Source: Methanomassiliicoccales archaeon
GTDB taxonomy: Archaea > Thermoplasmatota > Thermoplasmata > Methanomassiliicoccales > UBA472
DNA: 64,000 nt
NCBI GenBank assembly: GCA_028682895.1
Contig: JAJRAK010000057.1
Span: 60,516 to 124,515 of the forward strand
Reading direction: 5' to 3'
Below, one piece after another: positions 36,390 to 44,903 of this stretch (within the stretch, counting starts at the first letter, position 1; the number at the start of each line of letters is the position of its first letter). Under the pieces are notes generated by a model that was given only the letters and a program-made list of their open reading frames with translations, searched no databases and was not told where the DNA came from. The position numbers and the translations under genes are program-made.

Positions 36390-37481
36390 TCATTTTTTCT
36401 TTCGAGCCTTACCGATCGCGTCCGCAGCTAGCATAGCATCGAGCACTTTTTTGGGTGATATCGCACCTGCCTCGTGATGGATCGGCTGACCGGGGGCGCA
36501 TGCTCTTTCCGCCGCGATCATCACCCTTTCTCTGCTGGCGTCTTTCAGCCCGATGTCCGCCAGCGTGGTCGGAAGGCCGACCTTCTCGCAGAATGAGCAT
36601 ACGGCCTCGATCTCCTCAGATGGGGCTTTTGTGAGCTGGAGTCCGGCCAGCACGCCGAAGGCGACCTTCTCGCCGTGGTAGAAAGAGTGGGTCTCCTCCA
36701 ATGCGGTCAGACCGTTATGGATGGAATGGGCCGATGCCAATCCAGCACTTTCGAACCCCAGCCCGCTCAGCAGTATGTTCGCCTCGACGATGCGATCGAA
36801 TGCGTTCGTCACAACCCTGTTCTCGCTGTCGACCTTGGCCTTTGCACCGTGCTCCATCAACGTCTCAAAACATAGTTTGGCGATGTGAAGTCCCGCCGCG
36901 GTGCCATATCCACCGCACTCGTTCGCCGAGTGCGTTGCCTCGCATGACCGAGCCTCGAACCATGTTGATAGCGCGTCCCCCATGCCGGCCACTAGGAAAC
37001 GTGTCGGCGCCGCCACGATTATGTTCAGATCTACCAGTACCGCCGCTGGGTTCATCTTCTGATAGTATACCGATTCGAACGTTCCTTCGTTCGAGTACAA
37101 TACTGCGCATCCGCTGCACGGTGCATCGGTGGAAGCGATGGTGGGGACGACCATCACAGGTATGCCCATCATATCAGCGGCTATCTTCGCCGTGTCGATG
37201 GTCTTGCCGCCCCCCATGCCGACCAGCACCTTGACCTTCTTTTCATGGATGATCTTCGATATCCGAGCTATCTCATCTTTACAGCACTCACCGCGGAACG
37301 GTTCAGTGTTGATATTATGAGAATTCAGGTCCAGACCACATTCGGGAAGCACCTTTTGGATCACCGTGGGAGAGGCCAATATTAGCCCCTGTCCACCGAG
37401 CAGATCGACCAGTGATGGCAGTTCACCGATTGCTCCGACGCCTTGAATGTACTTACCGGGAAAGACCGCCTTCTTGAACAT
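36390..37481 (-). CDS. Glycerol dehydrogenase / iron-containing alcohol dehydrogenase family (COG0371; could be GldA or G1P-dehydrogenase-like)
   Basis: LVGMGGGKTIDTAKIAA is the GGGKTIDTAK fingerprint of GldA-type dehydrogenases. The His metal ligands are conserved. Confidence 0.65.
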   Translation of the reverse strand: MFKKAVFPGKYIQGVGAIGELPSLVDLLGGQGLILASPTVIQKVLPECGLDLNSHNINTEPFRGECCKDEIARISKIIHEKKVKVLVGMGGGKTIDTAKIAADMMGIPVMVVPTIASTDAPCSGCAVLYSNEGTFESVYYQKMNPAAVLVDLNIIVAAPTRFLVAGMGDALSTWFEARSCEATHSANECGGYGTAAGLHIAKLCFETLMEHGAKAKVDSENRVVTNAFDRIVEANILLSGLGFESAGLASAHSIHNGLTALEETHSFYHGEKVAFGVLAGLQLTKAPSEEIEAVCSFCEKVGLPTTLADIGLKDASRERVMIAAERACAPGQPIHHEAGAISPKKVLDAMLAADAIGKARKKK

Positions 37482-37550
37482 GTGAACACCTGTAATTGCA
37501 CCATTCTAGTTTATTATTTCAGCCGGACCGTACCCCATGCATATCCAGTA

Positions 37551-38405
37551 TCAGACCTGATGTATGATGATCAGGCGCCAAGTGATCCCGTGGGAGCCTA
37601 CGGTCGTCCAGTAGCACTCCTTGTCCACTACCGTATCATCGCCGAGGCTGATCAGATAGGAGTATGTGCCGTGACCGGTAGACTCGTTGACCAGTCTCCG
37701 ACCGATATCCTGGACCTCTGGATAGTCCACATAATCGGTGATGAGGTTCATTCCGATCTGTGCTGTGTCCGTATCATAGATATCGGTCCCGTCCAGTTGA
37801 GCACAGAAGAATGCGAACTCAGTTCCCTCCAGGAGATGAGGGAGCGTCCCGTTCATCAGCGCTGATGCGGAGAACAAAGCGCTGACAGCGCCGATGAACT
37901 GGCCATCTGCGTCGAAGACCGGGGCAGCGAACACCGCGCCTGTCTCGCCCTCGGTCGATGAGAACACCTCGCTCATGACCGGCATCTTTGTCGTAAGCAG
38001 CTTGACGACGGTCTCCTGCGCGCTCAGGTTCGTCCCTTCCAGGGATCTGCACGCCTCTGGTTCCGCGGCCATCACCATACCGTTGATGTCATAGGTGATG
38101 ATGTCCAGGATGTACGCGTTGGACTCGAGCGCTGCGATGAGCTTCGCCCTTACTTGAGTACCGTTCAGACCCAGGGTCGAGATGTTCATGCTGACGTTCG
38201 ATACGAGGGCGTCGACCTTCTTGATCTGGCCTTGCACGGCCATCTGCGCCTTGCTGAGGACCTCGTTCATCTGCAGTCGCGTCGAGGCGGACGATCCATC
38301 CTGGTCGAGCCGTGCGTTATCCGAATAGAGCAATACGGAGACCGTGGCCGAGACGAGGAGAAGGACGAGCAGCAGAGCGATAGGTCGGTCGAGGCGCATC
38401 TTCAT
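37551..38405 (-). CDS. Membrane-anchored extracellular sensor-domain protein (Cache/PDC-like)
   Basis: N-terminal TM (IALLLVLLLVSATVSVLL) followed by about 250 aa of extracytoplasmic sequence with Cache-like features. No output domain. Confidence 0.4.
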   Translation of the reverse strand: MKMRLDRPIALLLVLLLVSATVSVLLYSDNARLDQDGSSASTRLQMNEVLSKAQMAVQGQIKKVDALVSNVSMNISTLGLNGTQVRAKLIAALESNAYILDIITYDINGMVMAAEPEACRSLEGTNLSAQETVVKLLTTKMPVMSEVFSSTEGETGAVFAAPVFDADGQFIGAVSALFSASALMNGTLPHLLEGTEFAFFCAQLDGTDIYDTDTAQIGMNLITDYVDYPEVQDIGRRLVNESTGHGTYSYLISLGDDTVVDKECYWTTVGSHGITWRLIIIHQV

Positions 38406-38545
38406 GGCGGCCGGATGGGCCGAAAAGGTATTCAATATTAATGCCTGGATGGCCGACCGTTGGGTTATTCCCGAGGTCGTATGTATGTAGAATCAAAGTG
38501 TGGCAATCGTAACATAACCTTTTTCAGCGAAATTGACGATGCCCT

Positions 38546-39919
38546 TTGCCAGGTTCCCTACCAATGACCTCGATCATAGATATGCTGGTCGTCCTGACAG
38601 AGATGATCTGCGTCATCATTGTTGTCGCTTATGTCGTGACCCGCACCGAGTTCTTTCATGATGCCTTGAAAGGTAAGGTCACTTGGAAGGGCGCCTATTT
38701 CATGATCATCCTCTTCGGCCTGCTCTCGATATTCGGCACTTATTCCGGCCTGGACATCCTCGGTGCGAAGGTGAACGTGCGCGACATCGGACCGATGATC
38801 GCGGGCCTGATCGGAGGACCGATCGTCGGACTGGGCGCCGGGCTCATCGGGGGATTGCACCGGCTCAGCATGGGAGGCATCACGGCTGTGCCATGCTCCA
38901 TCTCCACCGTGCTCGCTGGCCTGTTCGGCGGGATGATATATCTCAGCGCTCACCGTCGCTTCGTCGGCATAAAGGGGGCGGTGATATTCGCCGTGCTCAT
39001 GGAATCGCTCCATATGATCATCAACCTGATCCTGGTGCAGCCCTGGTCGACCGCCTGGTCGATCATAAGCAACGTGGCGCTCCCAATGATCTTCGCCAAC
39101 GCCCTGGGCATGGCCGCCTTTTCGTTCATCGTGTGGAACCACATCCATGAGGAGGAGACGAAGGATGACAGGGACCGTCTGAACGGTGAACTGCAACGGG
39201 AGAAGGCGGAGCTGGAGATGGCCAAGGAGATCCAGCAGAGCATTTTGCCCAAGCATCTGCCTGAATGGGGCGGCTACTCGATAGCCGCCATGAGCCGCCC
39301 GGCGCGGGAGGTCGGGGGCGATTTCTACGACATGTTCCCGATGCAGAACGGGGAACGCACCGTTATCATCGCCGATGTGTCCGGGAAGGGCATGCCGGCG
39401 GCACTGTACATGGCCGTGTCCCGCACGGTCATGCGTGTGGCGGCGGCCTCCACCACCGACATAGGCGAGCTGCTGAGCAAGGCCAATGTTGAGCTGGTGA
39501 ACCAGTCGGACATGGGCATGTTCGTCACCATGTTCGGCATAGAGCTGAACGATGAGGGCGATATCGATTTCGCCAACGCCGGGCATAATCCCCCGATGCG
39601 CGTCGGTCCGTCGGGGGTCAGCTTCCTGCCCGAGGGCGGCGTGGCCATGGGCATCACGCCCGAAGCCGTCCCCTTAGCAGGGAGCATCAGGCTGGATGTC
39701 GGAGAGATGATGATACTCTACACGGACGGCGTGACCGATGCTGTTGGACCGAACGGGAAGGAACTGGGCGAGGAAGGTTTCAGATCGGCCGTCGTTGGTC
39801 TTTCAGGAATGAACGCCAATGACGCCCTGCAGCGGTTGATCGAAGCGATCGATAAGCATACTGGTACGGAACCTCAGTACGATGATATCACCATAGTGAT
39901 CGTCAGGAGGGAGGCGTGA
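38546..39919 (+). CDS. 5TM-LytS-type membrane sensor fused to PP2C/SpoIIE-family serine phosphatase (RsbU-like)
   Basis: Five N-terminal TM helices. C-terminal GGDFYDMFPM...IADVSGKGMPAALYM...GHNPPM...YTDGVTDA are SpoIIE/PP2C motifs. Confidence 0.8.
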   Translation: MPGSLPMTSIIDMLVVLTEMICVIIVVAYVVTRTEFFHDALKGKVTWKGAYFMIILFGLLSIFGTYSGLDILGAKVNVRDIGPMIAGLIGGPIVGLGAGLIGGLHRLSMGGITAVPCSISTVLAGLFGGMIYLSAHRRFVGIKGAVIFAVLMESLHMIINLILVQPWSTAWSIISNVALPMIFANALGMAAFSFIVWNHIHEEETKDDRDRLNGELQREKAELEMAKEIQQSILPKHLPEWGGYSIAAMSRPAREVGGDFYDMFPMQNGERTVIIADVSGKGMPAALYMAVSRTVMRVAAASTTDIGELLSKANVELVNQSDMGMFVTMFGIELNDEGDIDFANAGHNPPMRVGPSGVSFLPEGGVAMGITPEAVPLAGSIRLDVGEMMILYTDGVTDAVGPNGKELGEEGFRSAVVGLSGMNANDALQRLIEAIDKHTGTEPQYDDITIVIVRREA

Positions 39920-39922
39920 GAG

Positions 39923-40360
39923 ATGCCTTCCTGTGAGATCAGATGCACCACCCTGCCCTCGTCCATACCGGAGGTCCATGATCGTATAGACCGGTACCTG
40001 GCGACCATGGACGTTGATGAAGGTCTTTCATCTGACCTGCACGTCGTCATTGACGAGCTGGCATCGAACATTGAGAAGTACGCCTATGATGGGCGCCCTG
40101 GCATCTACACCGTCCGGATAAGAAGGACGGAATTGTGCCTGGAGATCGAGCTTGAGGATGAAGGGAAGGAGTTCGATCCCACCGGCGTGGAAGAGACACC
40201 TGTCACAGGTGATGTTGACCGTCCTATCGGTCATCTAGGCATCCTGCTGGTCAAGAGGATCGCCAACGGTCTGAGCTATTCCAGGCATGACGGCATCAAT
40301 GTCACCGCTGTCGTCATGAGGATCCCGTACAAGAACAACATACATGAGGGAGATCGATGA
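39923..40360 (+). CDS. Anti-sigma-factor-type serine kinase (RsbW/SpoIIAB-like HATPase_c_2)
   Basis: VIDELASNIEKYAY (N-box) and ELEDEGKEFDP; 145 aa. Confidence 0.75.
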   Translation: MPSCEIRCTTLPSSIPEVHDRIDRYLATMDVDEGLSSDLHVVIDELASNIEKYAYDGRPGIYTVRIRRTELCLEIELEDEGKEFDPTGVEETPVTGDVDRPIGHLGILLVKRIANGLSYSRHDGINVTAVVMRIPYKNNIHEGDR

Positions 40361-40471
40361 TTTCAGCGAACATCGTCCGGAGGGATTAACATCCAGGTCA
40401 AGAACGTTAAGGAAGACAATGTCATAGTTTTAGAACCGGAGGGGAGGATAGACTCCTCGTCGGTCGGTGTC

Positions 40472-40738
40472 ATGGACGATGCGTTCCGTCAGGCGTTCTC
40501 CGATGGAGCGCTGTCCTTGCTGGTGGACATGAGCAGGGTCGAGTACATCAGCAGCGGTGGCCTGCGCAGCTTCCTTCTGGGCTTCAAAGAGATAAAGAAG
40601 AAGGAGGGAAAGATGGTCCTTTGCGCACTGAGCCCCAGCGTCAGCAAGGTGTTCAAGCTCTCCGGGTTCAACACCATCTTCGACATCGTACCAGGCCGAG
40701 AGGATGCCTTGGTCAAATTGCGCCTGGGCTCGCCATGA
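40472..40738 (+). CDS. STAS-domain anti-sigma-factor antagonist (RsbV/SpoIIAA-like); annotated ATG start probably too short
   Basis: YISSGGLRSFLLGFKEIKKKEGKMVLCAL is the STAS core including the conserved Ser in the SSG motif. The reading frame continues upstream to the TGA stop of rsbW and encodes the missing first beta strands (INIQVKNVKEDNVIVLEPEGRID). Confidence 0.7.
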   Translation: MDDAFRQAFSDGALSLLVDMSRVEYISSGGLRSFLLGFKEIKKKEGKMVLCALSPSVSKVFKLSGFNTIFDIVPGREDALVKLRLGSP

Positions 40739-42405
40739 AGGACCATGCTTGGTACGATGTGCCTGGCGCTCCAGGCGTGAGGATATTTCCGTTCATCCGC
40801 AAGCCTGACGTGGTCTGCTGCAATTCGTATATCATCAAGGCCCCTGGCCACATCATGGTCATCGACCCGGGTGCGGACCAGACGCAGATGGAGGAGATAT
40901 TGAGGATGCTCCGAGATCTGTCCGGGGATGGGATGGAACGTGTGACGTTCTTCCTGACGCATTGTCATGTCGATCACTGCTATGCTCTGATGAAGGGCAT
41001 CGGAACGTCGATGATGCCAGATGGAGTGATCATGCTGGCGCAGGCCGAGGGCGCTAAAGCATTGCGGGAATATGATGAGGATGTCACCCAGGCACGGGTG
41101 ATGGGCTGGGACTTCCCTCCGGTCGAACTGCAGGTCGAGCTACGGTCCCTGCTGACCGGAGACATGCCGGACGAAGGCAAGGTCGTCCAGTCCACGCAGA
41201 TGCAGGAGATGGGCACCGCAGAAGGGATGAAGATAGGTTATCAGAGGATACCCCTTGGAGAGGGGCTGGAGATGGTAGCGTATCATACGCCAGGACATTC
41301 CCCGGACAGCGTCTGTTATCGATTGGGGCGGCTCATGTTCACCGGTGACCTGCTCTTCGCCACCGACCCTGGGATAATGGGCTCCGTCGGTTGGGACCGG
41401 GATGCCATGGAATCGTCGATACGCAACGCGTCCTGGCTGCTCGAGCATGAAGGGATAGAACTGTGCCTACCGGGCCATGGATATTGCGTTGAGACCGCCA
41501 AGGCCAGAACGATGCTGGAACGAATGCTGAAGGAGGTCCGCAATATTGGCGCTATCAAGACCAAGGACGCGGAGCGCATCCGTTTCACCTCCAACTACGC
41601 CCTGGACATGCTGGAGGAGGCGAACGAGAACTTCAGTGTCATCGCCGGGCGGCTCTATTATCTGGCATATCACCTTGAGGACCTGGAGGAAGGCAGCGAG
41701 GCGCGCAAGTACCTGGACATGCTGGAGCATGACCGGATCGACGAGATGCTGACCTCGTTCAATCGCTTCGTCGAGGAGTTCCACGCCGGCAGAAAGCTGC
41801 AGCTCCAGGTCACCATGAAGGCGGTGCAGACGATGAACAGCATCAACGCCATCTTCAAAGGGAGCGACCTGGAGGCGGTGATGGACCGTTCGCTGATCTC
41901 TGGAACGTCAAGATTGCTCAAGGACTTCATGAACGCGGTGAAGGGCATAGAGCTTGACGTCGTTCACGAGGAACGCGACCTCCGGTCATTGGTGCAGGAG
42001 ATCGTGGAGGACCAGACGGCCCGGCCGGAGGACGACATAATGGATTGCCTGGATGACCCGGAACGATACGCATCGGCCCTGGCCCGCCGGATCGCCCATA
42101 TCCCTGTCTTCGATGATATCGAGCTGCACCTGGAAGGCGACGGTGCAACGACGATGCTGGACCCCAAGCGCTTCCAGGACTCGCTGTCCGGTCTGTTCTT
42201 GGACCTGGCGGGCTCGGACGTGAAGAAGATCGTGCTTCGCCTGGATGGAACATCTTTGGAGATCGGGACGGACGTCGATCTGTCATCGACCGTTGGGGAA
42301 AAGAAGGTCCGCGCGCTCTCACGCCGGTTCGAGCTGGCCGGAGCAAAGCTATCGGTCATCGATGGTGCCCACTGGCACTGCAGGATAGAATGCGACCGTC
42401 CTTGA
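40735..42405 (+). CDS. Metallo-beta-lactamase-fold protein with about 300-aa C-terminal extension
   Basis: THCHVDHCYA is the HxHxDH motif. Start MKDHAWYD overlaps the STAS stop (ATGA). The C-terminal region has a weakly kinase-like pattern (LFLDLAG...). Confidence 0.6.
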   Translation: MKDHAWYDVPGAPGVRIFPFIRKPDVVCCNSYIIKAPGHIMVIDPGADQTQMEEILRMLRDLSGDGMERVTFFLTHCHVDHCYALMKGIGTSMMPDGVIMLAQAEGAKALREYDEDVTQARVMGWDFPPVELQVELRSLLTGDMPDEGKVVQSTQMQEMGTAEGMKIGYQRIPLGEGLEMVAYHTPGHSPDSVCYRLGRLMFTGDLLFATDPGIMGSVGWDRDAMESSIRNASWLLEHEGIELCLPGHGYCVETAKARTMLERMLKEVRNIGAIKTKDAERIRFTSNYALDMLEEANENFSVIAGRLYYLAYHLEDLEEGSEARKYLDMLEHDRIDEMLTSFNRFVEEFHAGRKLQLQVTMKAVQTMNSINAIFKGSDLEAVMDRSLISGTSRLLKDFMNAVKGIELDVVHEERDLRSLVQEIVEDQTARPEDDIMDCLDDPERYASALARRIAHIPVFDDIELHLEGDGATTMLDPKRFQDSLSGLFLDLAGSDVKKIVLRLDGTSLEIGTDVDLSSTVGEKKVRALSRRFELAGAKLSVIDGAHWHCRIECDRP

Positions 42406-42412
42406 CGGCCCC

Positions 42413-42646
42413 CTACTTCATCAGGGACAGCATGTCCTCTACCCTTTCGCCCATGTACTTATGGGAGTCCATGACCCCTTGGTTATAGAACTCCGGCGCC
42501 AGCTTGTCGATGATGAAGTCCAGTATGAAACCTGAGGCAAGCTGGCCTATCTCCTCTCCCCTCTCGTTCAGGAAATAGGACCTGATGTCAGCGACCATCT
42601 CGTCCCTCTTTTCCTTTTCCAGTTCGATCTTGCATTTACCCTTCAT
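42413..42646 (-). CDS. DUF2164 family small protein
   Basis: MKGKCKIELEKEKRDEMVADIRSYFLNERGEEIGQLASGFILDFIIDKLAPEFYNQGV matches the DUF2164 pattern. Confidence 0.5.
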   Translation of the reverse strand: MKGKCKIELEKEKRDEMVADIRSYFLNERGEEIGQLASGFILDFIIDKLAPEFYNQGVMDSHKYMGERVEDMLSLMK

Positions 42647-42944
42647 GGACCGTTCCCCACCCAGGTATGCTGTCATTCACCGAGTGGTTCTTTAAAGGTC
42701 GGATGAACCGGGGAGATGTCCGAGCTTGGGGGCCGTAGGTCAGTATCGATCGATGCTGACACGGACCGTTGTTCCATTCGGGCTGGCCTTGTTATTTTTA
42801 TAGTATCACATTCCATATAATATTACAAAATTAGTCATATAGCTACTCTATTCTAGTTTCTTTAGTTAAATAGCTAATAAATTTCTTTAAAAACAACAAT
42901 CGTCTATCAGGTCCACTTCGAATATTCTTTCAGGTGAGATCATA

Positions 42945-44903
42945 ATGGAAGCAGATATCAATGACCAGACGGTCTCGTCAGATCATTTCACCCCCAAGGT
43001 CGAGATGGCGAGCGGACTGTCCAAGGAAATCACCTTATTGCGTATCCCGGACCTCCGGGTCATCTCAGGGGAAGGCGAGAAGCGCCTCTACACCAGGGAC
43101 CAGGCGGACGTCCCGAGCGTCGTAAAGGACACGCTGATCCAATATCGACCGGACGCTGTGGTACAGCCATCGACGGCCGAGGCCACCGTGGCATTGTTGC
43201 AATATGCCCGCGGTCGCGGACTGGCCGTCATCCCCCGTGGCTCTGGCTCATCCCCGTTCGGCGGATCGATACCGGTCAACGGAGGGATCGTTCTCGACGC
43301 TGGGAACCTGAACAAGGTGCTGGACGTAGATGTGAAGAACAAGTGCGTGAAGGTGCAGGGCGGATGCCGGTGGGCCGATGTGGACCATGAGCTCTCCAAG
43401 CACGGCCTGCGCATCATCTCGTGCCCGTCCAGCCGGTTCTCGACCGTGGCCGGATGGATATGCGGCGGCGGCCTGGGCGTCGGTTCGCTGGGCGGGGGAC
43501 ATCTCAGCAAGAACATCATCTCCATCAAGATGGCGACCGGCTCTGGACTTATCGAGCTGATGCCGCCGCAGGAAGAGTTCAAGGCCGTCTTCGGCAGCGA
43601 GGGGCAGTTGGGCATCATTGTCGAGGCCACCCTCAAGGTGAAGAGCATAGACAGCGCCTCCAAGCCCCATTTCCTATTGTTCAAGGACCTTGATGGTGCG
43701 GTGGACGTGGCCGAAAGGCTGCGACGCCTTTCCGCGCTTCCAGAGGACCTTATCTACTTCTCACCTGGCAAGCTCCGTTACGCCAACAAGCTGCTCCATG
43801 GTGAGCACTTTGGAGAAGGTCACGCCCTTCTGGTGACGTCCTCGGACCAGGCATCGGAGGATGCCATCTTGGGATTGCTCTCGTCGACAGGCATCACCGA
43901 GGAGAAGGAGTACCAGGCCAGGCTGCTGATGCATGACCGTTACTTCCCCATGAAGCTCAGAAGGCTGGGGCCGGGCATGATGGGAGCGGAGGTGCTGGCC
44001 CCGATGCCTAAACTGAAGGACATACTGCATCGGGCCGAGGACCTTTGCCAGGAGTTCGACCTGGACCCGCTGCTGGAGGTCCATGTCATGCAGGGCCAGG
44101 AATCGCTCCTGCTCTGCTACTATCTCACAGATCAGTGCAATGATTCGCTCTATCTGCTCGACGCCGCCAAGTCGATGATAGTGACCTCGGCCCTGATAGA
44201 GATAGGCGCCAAGCCCTACTCCCTGGGCGTCTGGAACAACTCCTTCGTCGATCACTGGCCGAAGGAGGAGATGAGGAGGTTGAGACGGGCCAAGGACAAG
44301 CTGGACCCGTCCGGCATGATGAACCCGGGCAAGTACTTCGCCCTGAAGGGCAGGATGTTCGGTGCCGCCGGTATGCTGTTCAGTCCCCGCGGCTCCGGCA
44401 TGGCCTTGGGACTGATGGCCAAGCTGCATATGCCCCTGTCACCTGTATTGCGCACCGCCTCCAAGGTGACACGCAAGCTCGTGCCGTCAGAGGGACGCGA
44501 TATGCTCGAGGAGATGGTCAACCAGTGCGCCATGTGCGGCGCCTGTGTCAGCGTCTGTCCCGCCTATGCCCTGACCAAGGACGAGAGGGTCACGGCCCGC
44601 GGAAAGTTATTGATGGGAAGGGACCTGGCAGAAGGGAGGGACATCACCAAGGAGAGCGCTCACCGCGCCTTCCTCTGCATGAGATGCAAAGCATGCGAGC
44701 AGGTATGCCAGTCCAAGCTGGACCTCATACCTGCGTACGATGAGCTGGAGTCCCGCCTTGAGAAATTGTTCGGAAAGGATGCTGCGGAGATCGAGCATTT
44801 CATACGCATAGCTGAACTGAGCCCTAAGTACGACGAGATGGTGGCGCGCGGTCTGGTGCTTGGCGCCCCCAAGAACGGCATGGGAGGCGATCGCCGTGTA
44901 TGA
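42945..44903 (+). CDS. FAD-linked oxidase (GlcD/D-lactate dehydrogenase-like, FAD_binding_4) with C-terminal 2x[4Fe-4S] ferredoxin domain
   Basis: AVIPRGSGSSPFGGSIPVNGGIVLD is a PCMH-type FAD site. C-terminal CAMCGACVSVCP and CMRCKACEQVC. Confidence 0.75.
   Translation: MEADINDQTVSSDHFTPKVEMASGLSKEITLLRIPDLRVISGEGEKRLYTRDQADVPSVVKDTLIQYRPDAVVQPSTAEATVALLQYARGRGLAVIPRGSGSSPFGGSIPVNGGIVLDAGNLNKVLDVDVKNKCVKVQGGCRWADVDHELSKHGLRIISCPSSRFSTVAGWICGGGLGVGSLGGGHLSKNIISIKMATGSGLIELMPPQEEFKAVFGSEGQLGIIVEATLKVKSIDSASKPHFLLFKDLDGAVDVAERLRRLSALPEDLIYFSPGKLRYANKLLHGEHFGEGHALLVTSSDQASEDAILGLLSSTGITEEKEYQARLLMHDRYFPMKLRRLGPGMMGAEVLAPMPKLKDILHRAEDLCQEFDLDPLLEVHVMQGQESLLLCYYLTDQCNDSLYLLDAAKSMIVTSALIEIGAKPYSLGVWNNSFVDHWPKEEMRRLRRAKDKLDPSGMMNPGKYFALKGRMFGAAGMLFSPRGSGMALGLMAKLHMPLSPVLRTASKVTRKLVPSEGRDMLEEMVNQCAMCGACVSVCPAYALTKDERVTARGKLLMGRDLAEGRDITKESAHRAFLCMRCKACEQVCQSKLDLIPAYDELESRLEKLFGKDAAEIEHFIRIAELSPKYDEMVARGLVLGAPKNGMGGDRRV

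Noticed and set aside
38558-39586. 342-aa minus-strand ORF
   Set aside because: Antisense to the SpoIIE/PP2C phosphatase gene. Low-complexity H/R/G-rich translation.
40621-40734. Upstream extension of the MBL ORF (MRTEPQRQQG...)
   Set aside because: Overlaps the STAS gene in another frame. A proper ATG (MKDHAWYD) with an ATGA overlap at 40735 gives a standard MBL N-terminus.
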